A stretch of DNA of 64,000 bases from Halothiobacillus sp. (lineage in GTDB: Bacteria; Pseudomonadota; Gammaproteobacteria; Halothiobacillales; Halothiobacillaceae): positions 2,345-66,344 of the forward strand of contig JAGUXT010000035.1 of NCBI GenBank assembly GCA_020061705.1, read 5' to 3'. Below the pieces are notes generated by a model. The model searched no databases, had not been told where the DNA came from, and worked only from the letters and a program-made list of their open reading frames with translations. The position numbers and the translations under genes were made by a program. Numbering within the stretch: position 1 is the first letter of the stretch; each line of letters starts with the position of its first letter. This document shows positions 38,986 to 49,481 of the stretch, in pieces.

Positions 38986-39857
38986 CCACCCCAAAAACCT
39001 GGTGGCCTGCGCCCGCGAAACTCAACCTCATGCTACGCATCACCGGGCAACGTGCCGATGGCTATCATCAGCTGCAGACCGTGTTTCAACTGCTTGATTA
39101 CGGCGACCGACTGGCGTTTGAACTGCGCGACGATGGGCAGATCGTAAAACACACTCCGCTGCATGGTGTTGCCGCAAGCGACGGCCTATCGACACGCGCA
39201 GCTCAATTATTGCAGCAAACCTGCCACACATGCTTGGGTGTGGATATTTATCTTGAAAAGCACATTCCACTGGGCGGCGGCCTGGGGGGTGGCAGTTCCG
39301 ATGCCGCGACCACCCTGCTCGTGCTCAACCGACTTTGGGGTTGCCACCTTTCCATTGATGCACTCGCCGAGCTTGGCACGCACCTTGGTGCCGATGTGCC
39401 CGTCTTTGTACGCGGACACAGCGCCTGGGCAGAAGGCGTGGGCGATCAACTCACGCCCATGACCCTGCCCGCCACGCGCTACCTCGTGGTCTGCCCTCCA
39501 GTTCACCTCAGTACCGCCAGCATGTTCGCCGACCCTTTGCTCGTGCGTGACCAGCCGCCTGTCACTTTTGAGGATTTTCAGCACGGCGAGCGCAGCAATG
39601 CCTTCACCCCCGTGGCGCGTGCGCGCAGCACCGAGATTGACGCACTGTTTAGGCTGCTCGCCCCCTACGCCACACCGCAGCTCACCGGATCAGGGGCTGC
39701 TGTCTTTTGTGCTTTTGCCCCCGATGACCCGGCACTCGAAATCGCAGCTCGCGCCCTACCCAAAAACCTATCGCACTTTATAGCTCAAGGACTTAACTGC
39801 TCTCCGCTACACGCTATGCTGGCAGGCGCGGCGCTGGATCAAGCATCTTTTCAGTAA
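38973..39857 (+). CDS. ispE: 4-diphosphocytidyl-2-C-methyl-D-erythritol kinase
   Basis: WPAPAKLNL, GYHQLQT, GGGLGGGSSDAA, LGADVPVFV, TGSGAAVF. Confidence 0.97.
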   Translation: MDVLTTPKTWWPAPAKLNLMLRITGQRADGYHQLQTVFQLLDYGDRLAFELRDDGQIVKHTPLHGVAASDGLSTRAAQLLQQTCHTCLGVDIYLEKHIPLGGGLGGGSSDAATTLLVLNRLWGCHLSIDALAELGTHLGADVPVFVRGHSAWAEGVGDQLTPMTLPATRYLVVCPPVHLSTASMFADPLLVRDQPPVTFEDFQHGERSNAFTPVARARSTEIDALFRLLAPYATPQLTGSGAAVFCAFAPDDPALEIAARALPKNLSHFIAQGLNCSPLHAMLAGAALDQASFQ

Positions 39858-39863
39858 AAAAAC

Positions 39864-39891
39864 TTGCACAACGCCGCTCAATCCCTATAAT
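39864..39891 (+). promoter_or_regulatory. Sigma70 promoter of tRNA-Gln/prs
   Basis: TTGCAC-16 bp-TATAAT followed by GC-rich discriminator GCGC. Confidence 0.75.
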
Positions 39892-39904
39892 GCGCAACCT
39901 CAAT

Positions 39905-39979
39905 TGGGCCGTCGCCAAGTGGTAAGGCACCGGATTTTGATTCCGGCATTCCTAGGTTCGATCCCTAGCGGCCCAGCCA
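39905..39979 (+). tRNA. tRNA-Gln(UUG)
   Basis: Acceptor TGGGCCG/CGGCCCA, D-loop AAGTGGTAAG, anticodon arm CCGGA-TTTTGAT-TCCGG, GGTTCGATCC T-loop, encoded CCA; canonical ispE-tRNA-Gln-prs position. Confidence 0.97.
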
Positions 39980-40017
39980 AAATTCTTTTCTGAAAACTCT
40001 CGAAGTGGAACCGCCCC

Positions 40018-40959
40018 ATGCTGATGGTCTTCGCGGGAAACGCCAACCCAGAGCTCGCCCAGCGCGTCGCCGAAAACCTTGACCTTCCCTTGGGTCAGGC
40101 TACCGTCACCCGCTTCAGCGATGGTGAAACTTACGTTGAGATTTTGGAAAACGTGCGCGGACGCGATGTTTTCATCATCCAGCCCACCAGCCATCCCTGC
40201 AATGACAACCTCATGGAATTGATGGTCATGGCTGATGCGCTGCGCCGTGCATCTGCCGGTCGCATCACCGCCGTCATCCCTTACTACGGTTACTCGCGCC
40301 AAGATCGCCGCGTGCGCTCTGCACGCGTGCCGATCACCGCCAAAGTGGTGGCGAATATGCTTCAAGGAGTGGGTTTTGACCGTGTATTGACCATTGATCT
40401 GCACGCCGAACAAGTGCAAGGCTTTTTCGATATCCCCGTGGACAACATCTATGCCTCGCCAATTCAGCTTGGTGATATCTGGCGCCAAGCCGACAAAAAT
40501 CTCACCATCGTTTCCCCTGATGTTGGCGGAGTTGTACGCGCCCGAGCCATGGCCAAGCGCCTTGATGACGTGGATTTGGCCATCATCGACAAACGCCGTC
40601 CCAAGGCCAACGTTGCTGAAGTCATGCACATTATCGGCGAAGTCAAAGACCGCAGCTGCGTGATTATTGACGATATCGTGGACACCGCCGGAACGCTGTG
40701 CAAAGCAGCCGAAGCGCTCAAAAAGCACGGTGCCAGCAAAGTGATTGCCTACGCCACCCACGCTGTACTTTCCGGCAAGGCCATTGAAAACATCAACGGT
40801 TCAGAGATTGATGAAGTCGTTGTCACCGACAGCATCCCGCTCAGCGCCTCCGCCAAAGCCTGTTCACGTATCCGTGTACTGTCCGTCGCAGGCATGTTGG
40901 CCGAAACCATACGCCGTATTCACACGGATGAATCGGTCAGCTCGCTGTATCAGGATTAA
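40018..40959 (+). CDS. prs: Ribose-phosphate pyrophosphokinase
   Basis: [44 protein letters not shown]. Confidence 0.98.
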   Translation: MLMVFAGNANPELAQRVAENLDLPLGQATVTRFSDGETYVEILENVRGRDVFIIQPTSHPCNDNLMELMVMADALRRASAGRITAVIPYYGYSRQDRRVRSARVPITAKVVANMLQGVGFDRVLTIDLHAEQVQGFFDIPVDNIYASPIQLGDIWRQADKNLTIVSPDVGGVVRARAMAKRLDDVDLAIIDKRRPKANVAEVMHIIGEVKDRSCVIIDDIVDTAGTLCKAAEALKKHGASKVIAYATHAVLSGKAIENINGSEIDEVVVTDSIPLSASAKACSRIRVLSVAGMLAETIRRIHTDESVSSLYQD

Positions 40960-40989
40960 ATTTTCGTTGCTCGCCGGATATTCTCCCGA

Positions 40990-41057
40990 CGAGCAACAAA
41001 ACGACCGGGTTGGTCGCGTCCCGGTCGCCCCTCCCCGCCGCAAGGCGGGTTTTTGTT
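40990..41057 (+). promoter_or_regulatory. Structured leader / terminator between prs and rplY
   Basis: CGACCGGG-ttGGTCGCGt-CCCGGTCG hairpin, then CCCGCC-gcaa-GGCGGG-TTTTT. Confidence 0.5.
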
Positions 41058-41079
41058 TGATTAGATTGGAGTTTTAACC

Positions 41080-41682
41080 ATGAGTATTTCCTTCACCGTG
41101 AAGGCCACCCGTCGTGACGATCTGGGGAAAGGTGCGAGCCGCCGCCTGCGTCACGCTGGCCAAGTGCCTGCCGTTGTTTACGGCGGCCATGCCGAGCCTG
41201 TTTCCCTCACCCTCCTGCACAAGGATTTGTGGCACAGCCTTGAGAACGAAGCCTTTTACTCCCACATCCTCGACCTCGAAATCGACGGCAAGGTGGAAAA
41301 GGTTGTGTTGCGTGACCTGCAACGTCACCCGTACAAGTCCATTGTCATGCACGCTGACTTCCAGCGCGTTTCTGCCGATGAAGTCATGCACGCCAGCGTG
41401 CCGCTACACTTCATTAACGAAGCGACCAGCATTGGTGCGAAAAAGGGCGGCATGATCAGCCACCTTGCCACCGAAGTGGAAATCACCTGCTTGCCCGCCG
41501 ACTTGCCGGAATTCATTGAAGTTGATCTGGCCAAGCTTGATCTGGATCACACCCTGCACCTGGCCGATCTGGTTGCTCCCAAGGGCGTGAGCTTCCTTGA
41601 GCTGAGCGCGCACGACAACAACCTTGGCATCGTGGTTATCCACATGCCCAAGGGTGTAGCTGCCGAAACCGCTGAGGCTTAA
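41080..41682 (+). CDS. rplY: 50S ribosomal protein L25 (long, Ctc-type)
   Basis: GKGASRRLR, VPAVVYG, QRHPYK..HADFQR, CLPADLPEFIEVDL. Confidence 0.97.
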   Translation: MSISFTVKATRRDDLGKGASRRLRHAGQVPAVVYGGHAEPVSLTLLHKDLWHSLENEAFYSHILDLEIDGKVEKVVLRDLQRHPYKSIVMHADFQRVSADEVMHASVPLHFINEATSIGAKKGGMISHLATEVEITCLPADLPEFIEVDLAKLDLDHTLHLADLVAPKGVSFLELSAHDNNLGIVVIHMPKGVAAETAEA

Positions 41683-41711
41683 TCGTCAGTTCGATTTAAG
41701 CGAATCGCTCA

Positions 41712-42311
41712 ATGTCCATTCATGCCGCGCCCCAAGCCGATATTCGACTCATCGTCGGTCTCGGTAATCCGGGGACGCAGTACCAGGACACCCGCCACAA
41801 TGCGGGATTTTGGTTTGTGGACGAAGTCGCCCGTATCACGGGCGCGACCCTTCGTCCCGAACCCCGTTTTCATGGCTTGGCAGCCCGCGTCATGCTCGAA
41901 GGGCATGAACTCTGGCTGTTACAGCCGACCACATTTATGAATCGCAGCGGCCAGGCGACCGCCGCCCTCGCCCGTTTTTACAAAATAGCCCCCGAGCAAA
42001 TCCTTGTCGCTCACGATGAAATTGACTTGCCGGTGGGACAGATCAAGCTCAAATACGCGGGCGGCCACGGCGGACACAACGGCCTGCGCGATTGTCATGC
42101 CCACTTGGGCACGCCAAATTACTGGCGTTTGCGCCTCGGTGTCGATCACCCCGGCAACAAAGACCTCGTTGTAGACTACGTACTGCACGCACCATCCAAG
42201 GTGGATCGCAGCAAAATCGACAGCATCATCGACGAAGCGTGTCGTCAACTTCCCGCCCTGCTACGCGGCGAGGCCGCTGCGGTAATGAATCACCTACACA
42301 GTCTTAAATAG
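41712..42311 (+). CDS. pth: Peptidyl-tRNA hydrolase
   Basis: [36 protein letters not shown]. Confidence 0.98.
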   Translation: MSIHAAPQADIRLIVGLGNPGTQYQDTRHNAGFWFVDEVARITGATLRPEPRFHGLAARVMLEGHELWLLQPTTFMNRSGQATAALARFYKIAPEQILVAHDEIDLPVGQIKLKYAGGHGGHNGLRDCHAHLGTPNYWRLRLGVDHPGNKDLVVDYVLHAPSKVDRSKIDSIIDEACRQLPALLRGEAAAVMNHLHSLK

Positions 42312-42333
42312 CCAATCAATCAAGGAGTCGGTC

Positions 42334-43425
<1,092 letters not shown>

Positions 43426-43448
43426 CTGGTGTTTTCATCGTCAGGTGT

Positions 43449-43564
43449 GCATAAAGCAGAGTTAACAGGCAGCAAAGCGGAGCAAGGCACCTTGCGAAGA
43501 TGCGCGAAGCGCATGCACGGCGATTTGCGCAGCTTTAGCTGTCCTGTTGAACGACAGGTCAGAT
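43449..43564 (-). other. attC recombination site (116 bp, mutated core boxes) after the NYN gene
   Basis: Minus strand: ATCTGAC-5 bp-GTT(C)AACAGG(A)CAGC ... GCTGCCTGTTAAC-TCTGC-TTTATGC; arms complementary except for two extra bases, as in attC. Confidence 0.8.
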
Positions 43565-44307
43565 TAAACAATTGACTTTCTCTTAGCATTTCGCACGTAG
43601 ACTCGGTTTTCTTTTCTTTCAACTTCGAAAAGACCTATAGCCGTGACTAGCTCGCTCAGTTTTGAAAATCCATAATTGCGAGGGTCGAAGTCATTCGCAG
43701 TCTTGCTAATGAAGCTTCCCATTGGGCCAAGTTGCGACCACCCGGCTTCGTCGGAACAGGCGTCAATTGAAGATCTGATTAAATTCGTGAGAGTGGTATC
43801 ACCTCGTAACTCTTTTGTAGTTCGAGGTTTAATGGTGGACTCTTGTTGATCTTCTTGTTTCTTTGCGAAAACTTCGGTGTAAATAAACCTGTCGCAGGCA
43901 GAAACAAATGGCTTTGGTGTTTTCATTTCGCCAAATCCAAAGACGCGGCGTCCAGACTCTCGGATTCGAGTGGCAAGTTTTGTGAAATCACTATCACTTG
44001 AGACAAGACAAAATCCAGATGCGTGACCAGCATAAAGAAGATCCATGGCGTCAATAATCATTGCGCTATCTGTTGCATTCTTGCCTGTTGTATACCGGAA
44101 CTGCTGTATTGGCTGAATGGAGTGTTCGAGAAGAACCTGCTTCCATTGGCCTAGATTTGGTGTTGTCCAATCACCATAAATGCGCTTAACACTTGCGACG
44201 CCGAGTTTCGCAATTTCCGCCAATAAACCTTCTATGATAGACGGGTTGGCATTGTCGGCATCAATTAAGACAGCAAGCGAAGAGTTTGATTCATGAGGGG
44301 CGGCCAC
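43564..44307 (-). CDS. NYN-domain (LabA/DUF88) RNase with C-terminal OST-HTH/LOTUS domain; cassette-borne
   Basis: LIDADNA, RIYGDW, GKNATDSAMIIDAMD, VSSDSDFTKLATRIRESG, FDPRNYGFSKLSELV; AAGGAGG RBS; more AT-rich than neighbours. Confidence 0.92.
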   Translation of the reverse strand: MAAPHESNSSLAVLIDADNANPSIIEGLLAEIAKLGVASVKRIYGDWTTPNLGQWKQVLLEHSIQPIQQFRYTTGKNATDSAMIIDAMDLLYAGHASGFCLVSSDSDFTKLATRIRESGRRVFGFGEMKTPKPFVSACDRFIYTEVFAKKQEDQQESTIKPRTTKELRGDTTLTNLIRSSIDACSDEAGWSQLGPMGSFISKTANDFDPRNYGFSKLSELVTAIGLFEVERKENRVYVRNAKRKSIV

Positions 44308-44376
44308 AGAACCTCCTTGATTAATCTATCGTGTTTTATACAGCGTTATCGCCGTATAACCCAATAAAAAGTTGCC

Positions 44377-44395
44377 ATCTAACAATGTGTTCGAC
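44377..44395 (-). other. attI-like simple site upstream of the NYN cassette
   Basis: Minus strand GTCGAAC-acatt-GTTAGAT (7-5-7); GTTAGAT is a perfect GTTRRRY complementary to the cassette's ATCT(G)AC box. Confidence 0.55.
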
Positions 44396-44527
44396 ATGGT
44401 AACTCCTTGTTTTTCATAATAGTCACGCTGTTATCACGGCACCATCAGCTGACAAGCGCGGCACTTGTGCACCACGCCCGCAGACTGAAATGTGAACTTG
44501 CATTCCTGCGAAGCAGGACAGCCTCTC

Positions 44528-44875
44528 TCAACCCAGCCCCTCCACCCACTCTGCAAACCGCTCATCAAACCCGCGAATCGCCTGCACCACTGGGCGTGCG
44601 GCGACACCGTGAGGCACAAAACAATGCGCTGCGTAAGCATGAATATGGCACGCAGCCGGCGGGCGTAGCCCTACGCGCACGGTTTCACGCATTCTTGGTA
44701 TAAAAACCCATTGCAGCCACATCTCCAGTGGCATGGCATCGCAGGCAAACGGTGTGTCACTGGCCAAGGCTTCGACGGATGGTGGCTGTAGTGACCACAA
44801 ACCCATGCGGCGCAATTCGAGCTCGATCATCTCAAGCTGCGCCAACAAGGCCTGCACTTCAGTGGAGCCTGGCAT
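44528..44875 (-). CDS. yqcC: YqcC/DUF446-family protein
   Basis: ELRRMGLW...P..EALAS..PFACDAM.LE.WLQWVFIPRM. Confidence 0.9.
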   Translation of the reverse strand: MPGSTEVQALLAQLEMIELELRRMGLWSLQPPSVEALASDTPFACDAMPLEMWLQWVFIPRMRETVRVGLRPPAACHIHAYAAHCFVPHGVAARPVVQAIRGFDERFAEWVEGLG

Positions 44876-45707
44876 AGTTCACATCTCCATCGTCCTGCAT
44901 ATCGTCGTCCTCGCTGTTCCCCCAAAACAGGCGGTTCGGCATCATTTGCCCACGACCCAGTCGGTAGGCCTGTTCCAGGGTTTGCCACGTGTAATCCTGT
45001 GCTTGCTCAATTGCGGTGAGTGGTTCATTGCCATGCGCCATCAGCCCGGCAATGGCTGAAGCCAGGGTACAGCCCGAGCCGTGATAGCTTTCTGCCAAGC
45101 GCGGCCATGAATAGGTTTCGAGCAGGCGATGCCCGCCGAAGAGCATATTTTCCACCTCGTCGGTCGGCTCATGGGTGCCGGTAATCAGCACATAATCACT
45201 GCCCATTTCCAATAAGGACAAGGCGCACGCATGAAGATTGTCCGCCCCCAAAGCCAAGCGACGCGCTTCCTGGCTATTGGGCGTCAGGATGGTGGTTTGC
45301 GGCACAAGTAATTCACGCATGGCGGCAATCAATTCATCATCAGCCACATCCATGCCACCACCCGCACGCAAGACCGGGTCAAGCACCACGGGAATCTGCG
45401 GTAAATCGCGCAACAGCGTATGAATCGCCTCGACCATCCCCACGCTGCCCAACATGCCGATTTTGATGGCGGCAATCGGCATGTCTTCAATCAATGCACG
45501 CGCCTGTTCAATCACCCAAAGTGGATCTACTGTGCGCACACCCAAAAGATTGCGTGTATTTTGCACCGTCAACACCGTGGCAATCGGCGCGGCATGGCAA
45601 CCCTGGCTCACAATGGCCTCGATATCCGCCGATAATCCCGCACCACCTGTTGGGTCGAGTCCCGCAAACACTAACACCACCGGAGGTGGCTGAATTTCCT
45701 GCATCAT
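44859..45707 (-). CDS. Hydroxymethylpyrimidine/phosphomethylpyrimidine kinase-like protein (ThiD family)
   Basis: AGLDPTGGAGLSADI, TVQNT, IKIGMLG, LDPVL, TPNSQEA, YHGSGCTLASAIA. Confidence 0.92.
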   Translation of the reverse strand: MMQEIQPPPVVLVFAGLDPTGGAGLSADIEAIVSQGCHAAPIATVLTVQNTRNLLGVRTVDPLWVIEQARALIEDMPIAAIKIGMLGSVGMVEAIHTLLRDLPQIPVVLDPVLRAGGGMDVADDELIAAMRELLVPQTTILTPNSQEARRLALGADNLHACALSLLEMGSDYVLITGTHEPTDEVENMLFGGHRLLETYSWPRLAESYHGSGCTLASAIAGLMAHGNEPLTAIEQAQDYTWQTLEQAYRLGRGQMMPNRLFWGNSEDDDMQDDGDVNYARLH

Positions 45708-45796
45708 GCTGAACGTCCTCTTAGATATCTTTGAAGCATAGACACCCGCCCTTGGACGCGCAATCATGCGCCAACCCCACTCAACGAGAAACAGGC

Positions 45797-46114
45797 ATGG
45801 CTTGGTTTTATCTGCTTATTGCCGGAGTTTTTGAAATCGGCTGGCCTGTCGGTTACAAACTCACCGCACTACCTGGCATGCGCTGGACAGGCTGGATTAT
45901 TGCGCTCGCCTCATTAACTCTTAGCGCCATTTTCCTCTGGCTTGCTCAGCGCGACATCCCGATTGGCACAGCCTACGCGGTTTGGACGGGTATCGGAGCG
46001 GCGGGCACATTTCTAGTCGGCGTGTATTTCTTTAACGAACCCGCAAGTCTGATGCGTTATTTTGGGGTGTTTTTAATAGTATCTGGCGCAATTTTACTCA
46101 AACTCGCTGCTTAA
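45797..46114 (+). CDS. SMR-family exporter (SugE/Gdx-like)
   Basis: 105 aa, four TMs, [26 protein letters not shown]. Confidence 0.9.
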   Translation: MAWFYLLIAGVFEIGWPVGYKLTALPGMRWTGWIIALASLTLSAIFLWLAQRDIPIGTAYAVWTGIGAAGTFLVGVYFFNEPASLMRYFGVFLIVSGAILLKLAA

Positions 46115-47340
46115 GCTTGCGTCTTAAAGCCGCCTGAAGACAGGGCGAGCAAACGCTCCCGAGCCAAAGCCCGCCCCAAAGCCGCGCCGCTCAAACCTTT
46201 TGCCAGGAGTGGCTGTACCGACACCGCTTTAATCGCCGCAAACGCCCGCCGCATCACATCAGCCTGTGGGTAAGCGCAATCCTCAAAGCCTAAACGTCCG
46301 CGTGCATCGGCCTCGCACACCAGCAAAAACTGCTCAAAACGCTGTGGGCGGCGCAAAGCGTCCACCGCCTCCAGCACCTTCAACAGCGTGGCAGGGCGCA
46401 GCTCCATCACCTTGTGCACATGCCCATGCCAGCGCGCACTCATCACTGCCAGCTCACGAAACTCATGCGGCAAGCGCAAACGTTCAGCCAGCGGCTCAAT
46501 CAAACGCGCACCACGCTCCTCATGTCCATAATGATGCGGCCACTCCTCCGGCGGGGTCGTTCCCTTGCCCAAATCATGCAATAACGCCGCCCAACGTGTC
46601 GGCACATCCGCGCCCAGGCGCACCGCCTGCTGCAACACCATCAGACTATGTACGCCACTATCAATTTCCGGGTGGTACACAGCTGGTTGCGGCACGCCAA
46701 ACAACGCATCCAACTCCGGCAGCAGGCGTTTGAGCGCGCCAACCTCGCGCAGCACCTCAAAAAAACGCGCCGGATGCTCGGTAGATAATGCCTTCAGCAT
46801 CTCCTGCCATACCCGCTCCGGCACCAGCGCATCCACCTCGCCGTTCTCGACCATCGTGCGCATCAAATCCAGCGTTTCATCGGCCACGCCAAAACCCAAA
46901 CCGGTAAAACGTGCCGCAAACCGCGCGACGCGCAAAATACGTACCGGGTCTTCAACAAAAGCTGGCGACACATGGCGCAACACCCGCGCTTCAATATCCG
47001 CCTGCCCGCCATAGGGATCAACCAGGCAGCCATCCTCGGCCTGCGCGATTGCATTGATGGTCAAGTCCCGCCGAGCCAGATCATTCTCCAAGGTCACCTC
47101 GGGCGAGGCATGCATCACAAAACCATGATAGCCGGGCGCAGATTTGCGCTCAGTACGTGCCAGCGCATATTCCTCGCGTGTTTGCGGGTGCAAAAACACC
47201 GGAAAATCCTTCCCCACCTGCTGAAATCCCTGTGCCAACATCTCATCAACGCAGGAACCCACCACCACGTAATCACGCTCATGCACCGGCAGCCCCAATA
47301 AGGCATCACGCACCGCGCCACCCACCAAATATGTCTTCAC
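46111..47340 (-). CDS. cca: Multifunctional CCA-adding enzyme with HD domain
   Basis: [63 protein letters not shown]. Confidence 0.98.
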   Translation of the reverse strand: MKTYLVGGAVRDALLGLPVHERDYVVVGSCVDEMLAQGFQQVGKDFPVFLHPQTREEYALARTERKSAPGYHGFVMHASPEVTLENDLARRDLTINAIAQAEDGCLVDPYGGQADIEARVLRHVSPAFVEDPVRILRVARFAARFTGLGFGVADETLDLMRTMVENGEVDALVPERVWQEMLKALSTEHPARFFEVLREVGALKRLLPELDALFGVPQPAVYHPEIDSGVHSLMVLQQAVRLGADVPTRWAALLHDLGKGTTPPEEWPHHYGHEERGARLIEPLAERLRLPHEFRELAVMSARWHGHVHKVMELRPATLLKVLEAVDALRRPQRFEQFLLVCEADARGRLGFEDCAYPQADVMRRAFAAIKAVSVQPLLAKGLSGAALGRALARERLLALSSGGFKTQA

Positions 47341-47436
47341 ACAAAACCCTCAAAATGCGTGGCATAATCCGCAAAATAGTTTATCGAATCAGCTTGATCA
47401 TAGAGCTGAGCGCAGATGCATAAACGAGGCAAGACT

Positions 47437-48405
47437 ATGCACCACTTTTCTCAACTTATGACCCAATCCCCCTTGCTGGAAACGGTCATTCGCTCAGCTC
47501 AAATCGTGGCACGCACCGATGTCAGCGTCATGCTCACCGGCGAAACCGGCACAGGCAAAGACCTCATGGCTCAAGCTATCCACCATGCCAGCCCGCGTGC
47601 GCAACACCCGTTTATCGCCATCAATTGTGCCGCCCTGCCTGAAACCCTGGTCGAATCCGAGCTGTTTGGACACAAACGCGGAGCCTTTACCGGCGCGATT
47701 GAAGATCGTCAGGGGCATATTCGCAGCGCCCACGGTGGCACCTTGTTTCTCGACGAAATTGGCGAGCTCCCACTCGCTGCCCAAGCCAAGCTCCTGCGTT
47801 TTCTGGAGTCTGGGGACATCATACCTGTTGGCGAAAGCCACCCCATCAAAGTCGATGCCCGCGTCATCGCCGCCACCCATCAGGACTTAAGCCAACTGGT
47901 GCGCGAATCGCGTTTCCGTGAAGACCTGCTCTATCGACTGCAAGTCGTCCCCATGGACATGCCTAGCCTGCGTGAGCGCAGCGGCGACATTGACATGCTG
48001 CTCAATCACTTCCTGCTGCACTTTGCCGGCGAGCATCAGCTACCTCTGCCCAAGCTATCTCAAGAAGCTCGGACTGCACTGCGCCGTCACGGCTGGCCTG
48101 GCAATGTGCGCGAACTGCGTAACCTATGCGAGCGCCTTGTCGTCTTGTTTCATGGGCGTTCGGTTGAATTAGGTAATTTACCTGCCGAAATAACGCGAAG
48201 CGCGCCCAATGCCTTGGGTCTTTCGTTCAACCAGGGACGAGGCTTTAGCTTGCCCGAAGAGGGTATTGATCTTGAGTGGCTGGAGTCCGACATGATTCGC
48301 CAGGCTCTTGAGCGCTCGCGCGGCAACAAGAGCCGCGCTGCTCGCCTGCTTGGCATTACGCGCGACACCCTGCTCTATCGCCTCAAAAAATTCGATCTCG
48401 TATAA
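47437..48405 (+). CDS. Sigma54 enhancer-binding protein without an N-terminal sensory domain
   Basis: GETGTGKD, ELFGHKRGAFTGA, LFLDEIGE, RFREDLLYRL, WPGNVREL, Fis-HTH (NKSRAARLLGITRDTL.YR); only ~10 aa precede the AAA+ domain. Confidence 0.92.
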   Translation: MHHFSQLMTQSPLLETVIRSAQIVARTDVSVMLTGETGTGKDLMAQAIHHASPRAQHPFIAINCAALPETLVESELFGHKRGAFTGAIEDRQGHIRSAHGGTLFLDEIGELPLAAQAKLLRFLESGDIIPVGESHPIKVDARVIAATHQDLSQLVRESRFREDLLYRLQVVPMDMPSLRERSGDIDMLLNHFLLHFAGEHQLPLPKLSQEARTALRRHGWPGNVRELRNLCERLVVLFHGRSVELGNLPAEITRSAPNALGLSFNQGRGFSLPEEGIDLEWLESDMIRQALERSRGNKSRAARLLGITRDTLLYRLKKFDLV

Positions 48406-48538
48406 TCTTGCGTAAACGGATGCAAAAAATTGCTTCCTTGGTTTTTTTTCAGCTCGCTCCTCGCAACACATGTCTGCTCAGGTCATTATCCAAATCAATC
48501 ACCGCAAGCGATTGATTAGAAGTCAAGCAATCCTTGGC

Positions 48539-48586
48539 GTGCACTAAGGGATGCTGAAATACGTATTTCAGCGTCCCTTAGTGCAC
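48539..48586. repeat. 48-bp near-perfect palindrome
   Basis: GTGCACTAAGGGATGCTGAAATAC|GTATTTCAGCGTCCCTTAGTGCAC, one mismatch, no loop. Confidence 0.85.
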
Positions 48587-48715
48587 TGCAACTGTGCAAA
48601 AAAACAACGACCCCTTAGATTTTCTGGCCTTGAATGCGTATTATCAAGCAGAACAAGTCGTGCCAAAACACGATTTGCCCCCTTGCAAACACACCTACGA
48701 GATAGGAAGAACCAC

Positions 48716-49375
48716 ATGAAGAACTTCACTGCTCTGAGCACCGGCCTGTTGGCTGCTGCAATTATGGCCTCACCTGCTTTCGCCGCTGGCGAAGGCTACC
48801 CTGGCTGCCTCAAGTCTGACACTGACAAGTGCACCGCTTACGTTTACGACAGCATGGGCAAGGTTGTCCGTGATGATGTCATGAAGAAGTGCGTCCTGAA
48901 CGGTCACATTCCTTTGGAAGCATCTTCTGCCATCAAGGAATGCAACCCAGAGTTCTTCAAGGACGCTGCTGTTGAAGCACCTGTTGCTCCTACTGTTTCT
49001 GCCAAGGCGATCACCCTGAACGCTGACGCATTCTTCGACTTCGACAAGTACAACCTGAAGCCAGAAGGCAAGAAGTCACTTGACGCACTGGTCAAGGACA
49101 TGAAGATTGAGCAGGTTGAGTACATCACTGTTGTAGGTCACACCGACCGCATCGGCAGCAAGGAATACAACCAGAAACTGTCTGAGCGCCGCGCTAACAC
49201 TGTAGCTCAGTACCTTGTTTCGAAGGGCGTACCTGCCAGCAAGATCAAGTCTAGCGGTGTTGGTCTGACCCAGCCGGTCAAGGAGTGCAAAGGCACCAAG
49301 GCCACTCCAGCTCTGATCAAGTGCTTGGCACCAAACCGTCGTGCAGTGATCACTGTAGGCGTTTCTTCTAAGTAA
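48716..49375 (+). CDS. OmpA/RmpM-family peptidoglycan-binding protein
   Basis: Signal peptide ASPAFA, FDFDKYNLK, GHTDRIGS..YNQKLSERRA, LAPNRR; strongly biased codon usage. Confidence 0.92.
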   Translation: MKNFTALSTGLLAAAIMASPAFAAGEGYPGCLKSDTDKCTAYVYDSMGKVVRDDVMKKCVLNGHIPLEASSAIKECNPEFFKDAAVEAPVAPTVSAKAITLNADAFFDFDKYNLKPEGKKSLDALVKDMKIEQVEYITVVGHTDRIGSKEYNQKLSERRANTVAQYLVSKGVPASKIKSSGVGLTQPVKECKGTKATPALIKCLAPNRRAVITVGVSSK

Positions 49376-49407
49376 TACCTTCCCAGGTAGCAACTTCGAA
49401 GCTAACT

Positions 49408-49432
49408 AGGGCACCTTATGGTGCCCTTTTTT
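49408..49432 (+). terminator. Intrinsic terminator of the OmpA-family gene
   Basis: AGGGCACC-ttat-GGTGCCCT-TTTTT. Confidence 0.85.
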
Positions 49433-49481
49433 ATTGGTCAGCTTTAAGCCTCCTCTTGAATTGGAGCCTTAAACCTGGCTA

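Noticed and set aside
39905-39979. tRNA-Gln as an integration site
   Set aside because: No duplicated 3' end and no integrase; prs follows directly
45725-45796. Guanidine riboswitch upstream of the SugE/Gdx-like gene
   Set aside because: GGACG...TGCGCC...ACGAG fragments resemble class II/III motifs, but I cannot form the required stems; needs an Rfam/Infernal scan
48520-48715. Sigma54 -24/-12 promoter for ompA
   Set aside because: TGGCGTG (plus) and TGGCACG (minus) candidates lack GC at the required GG-N10-GC spacing
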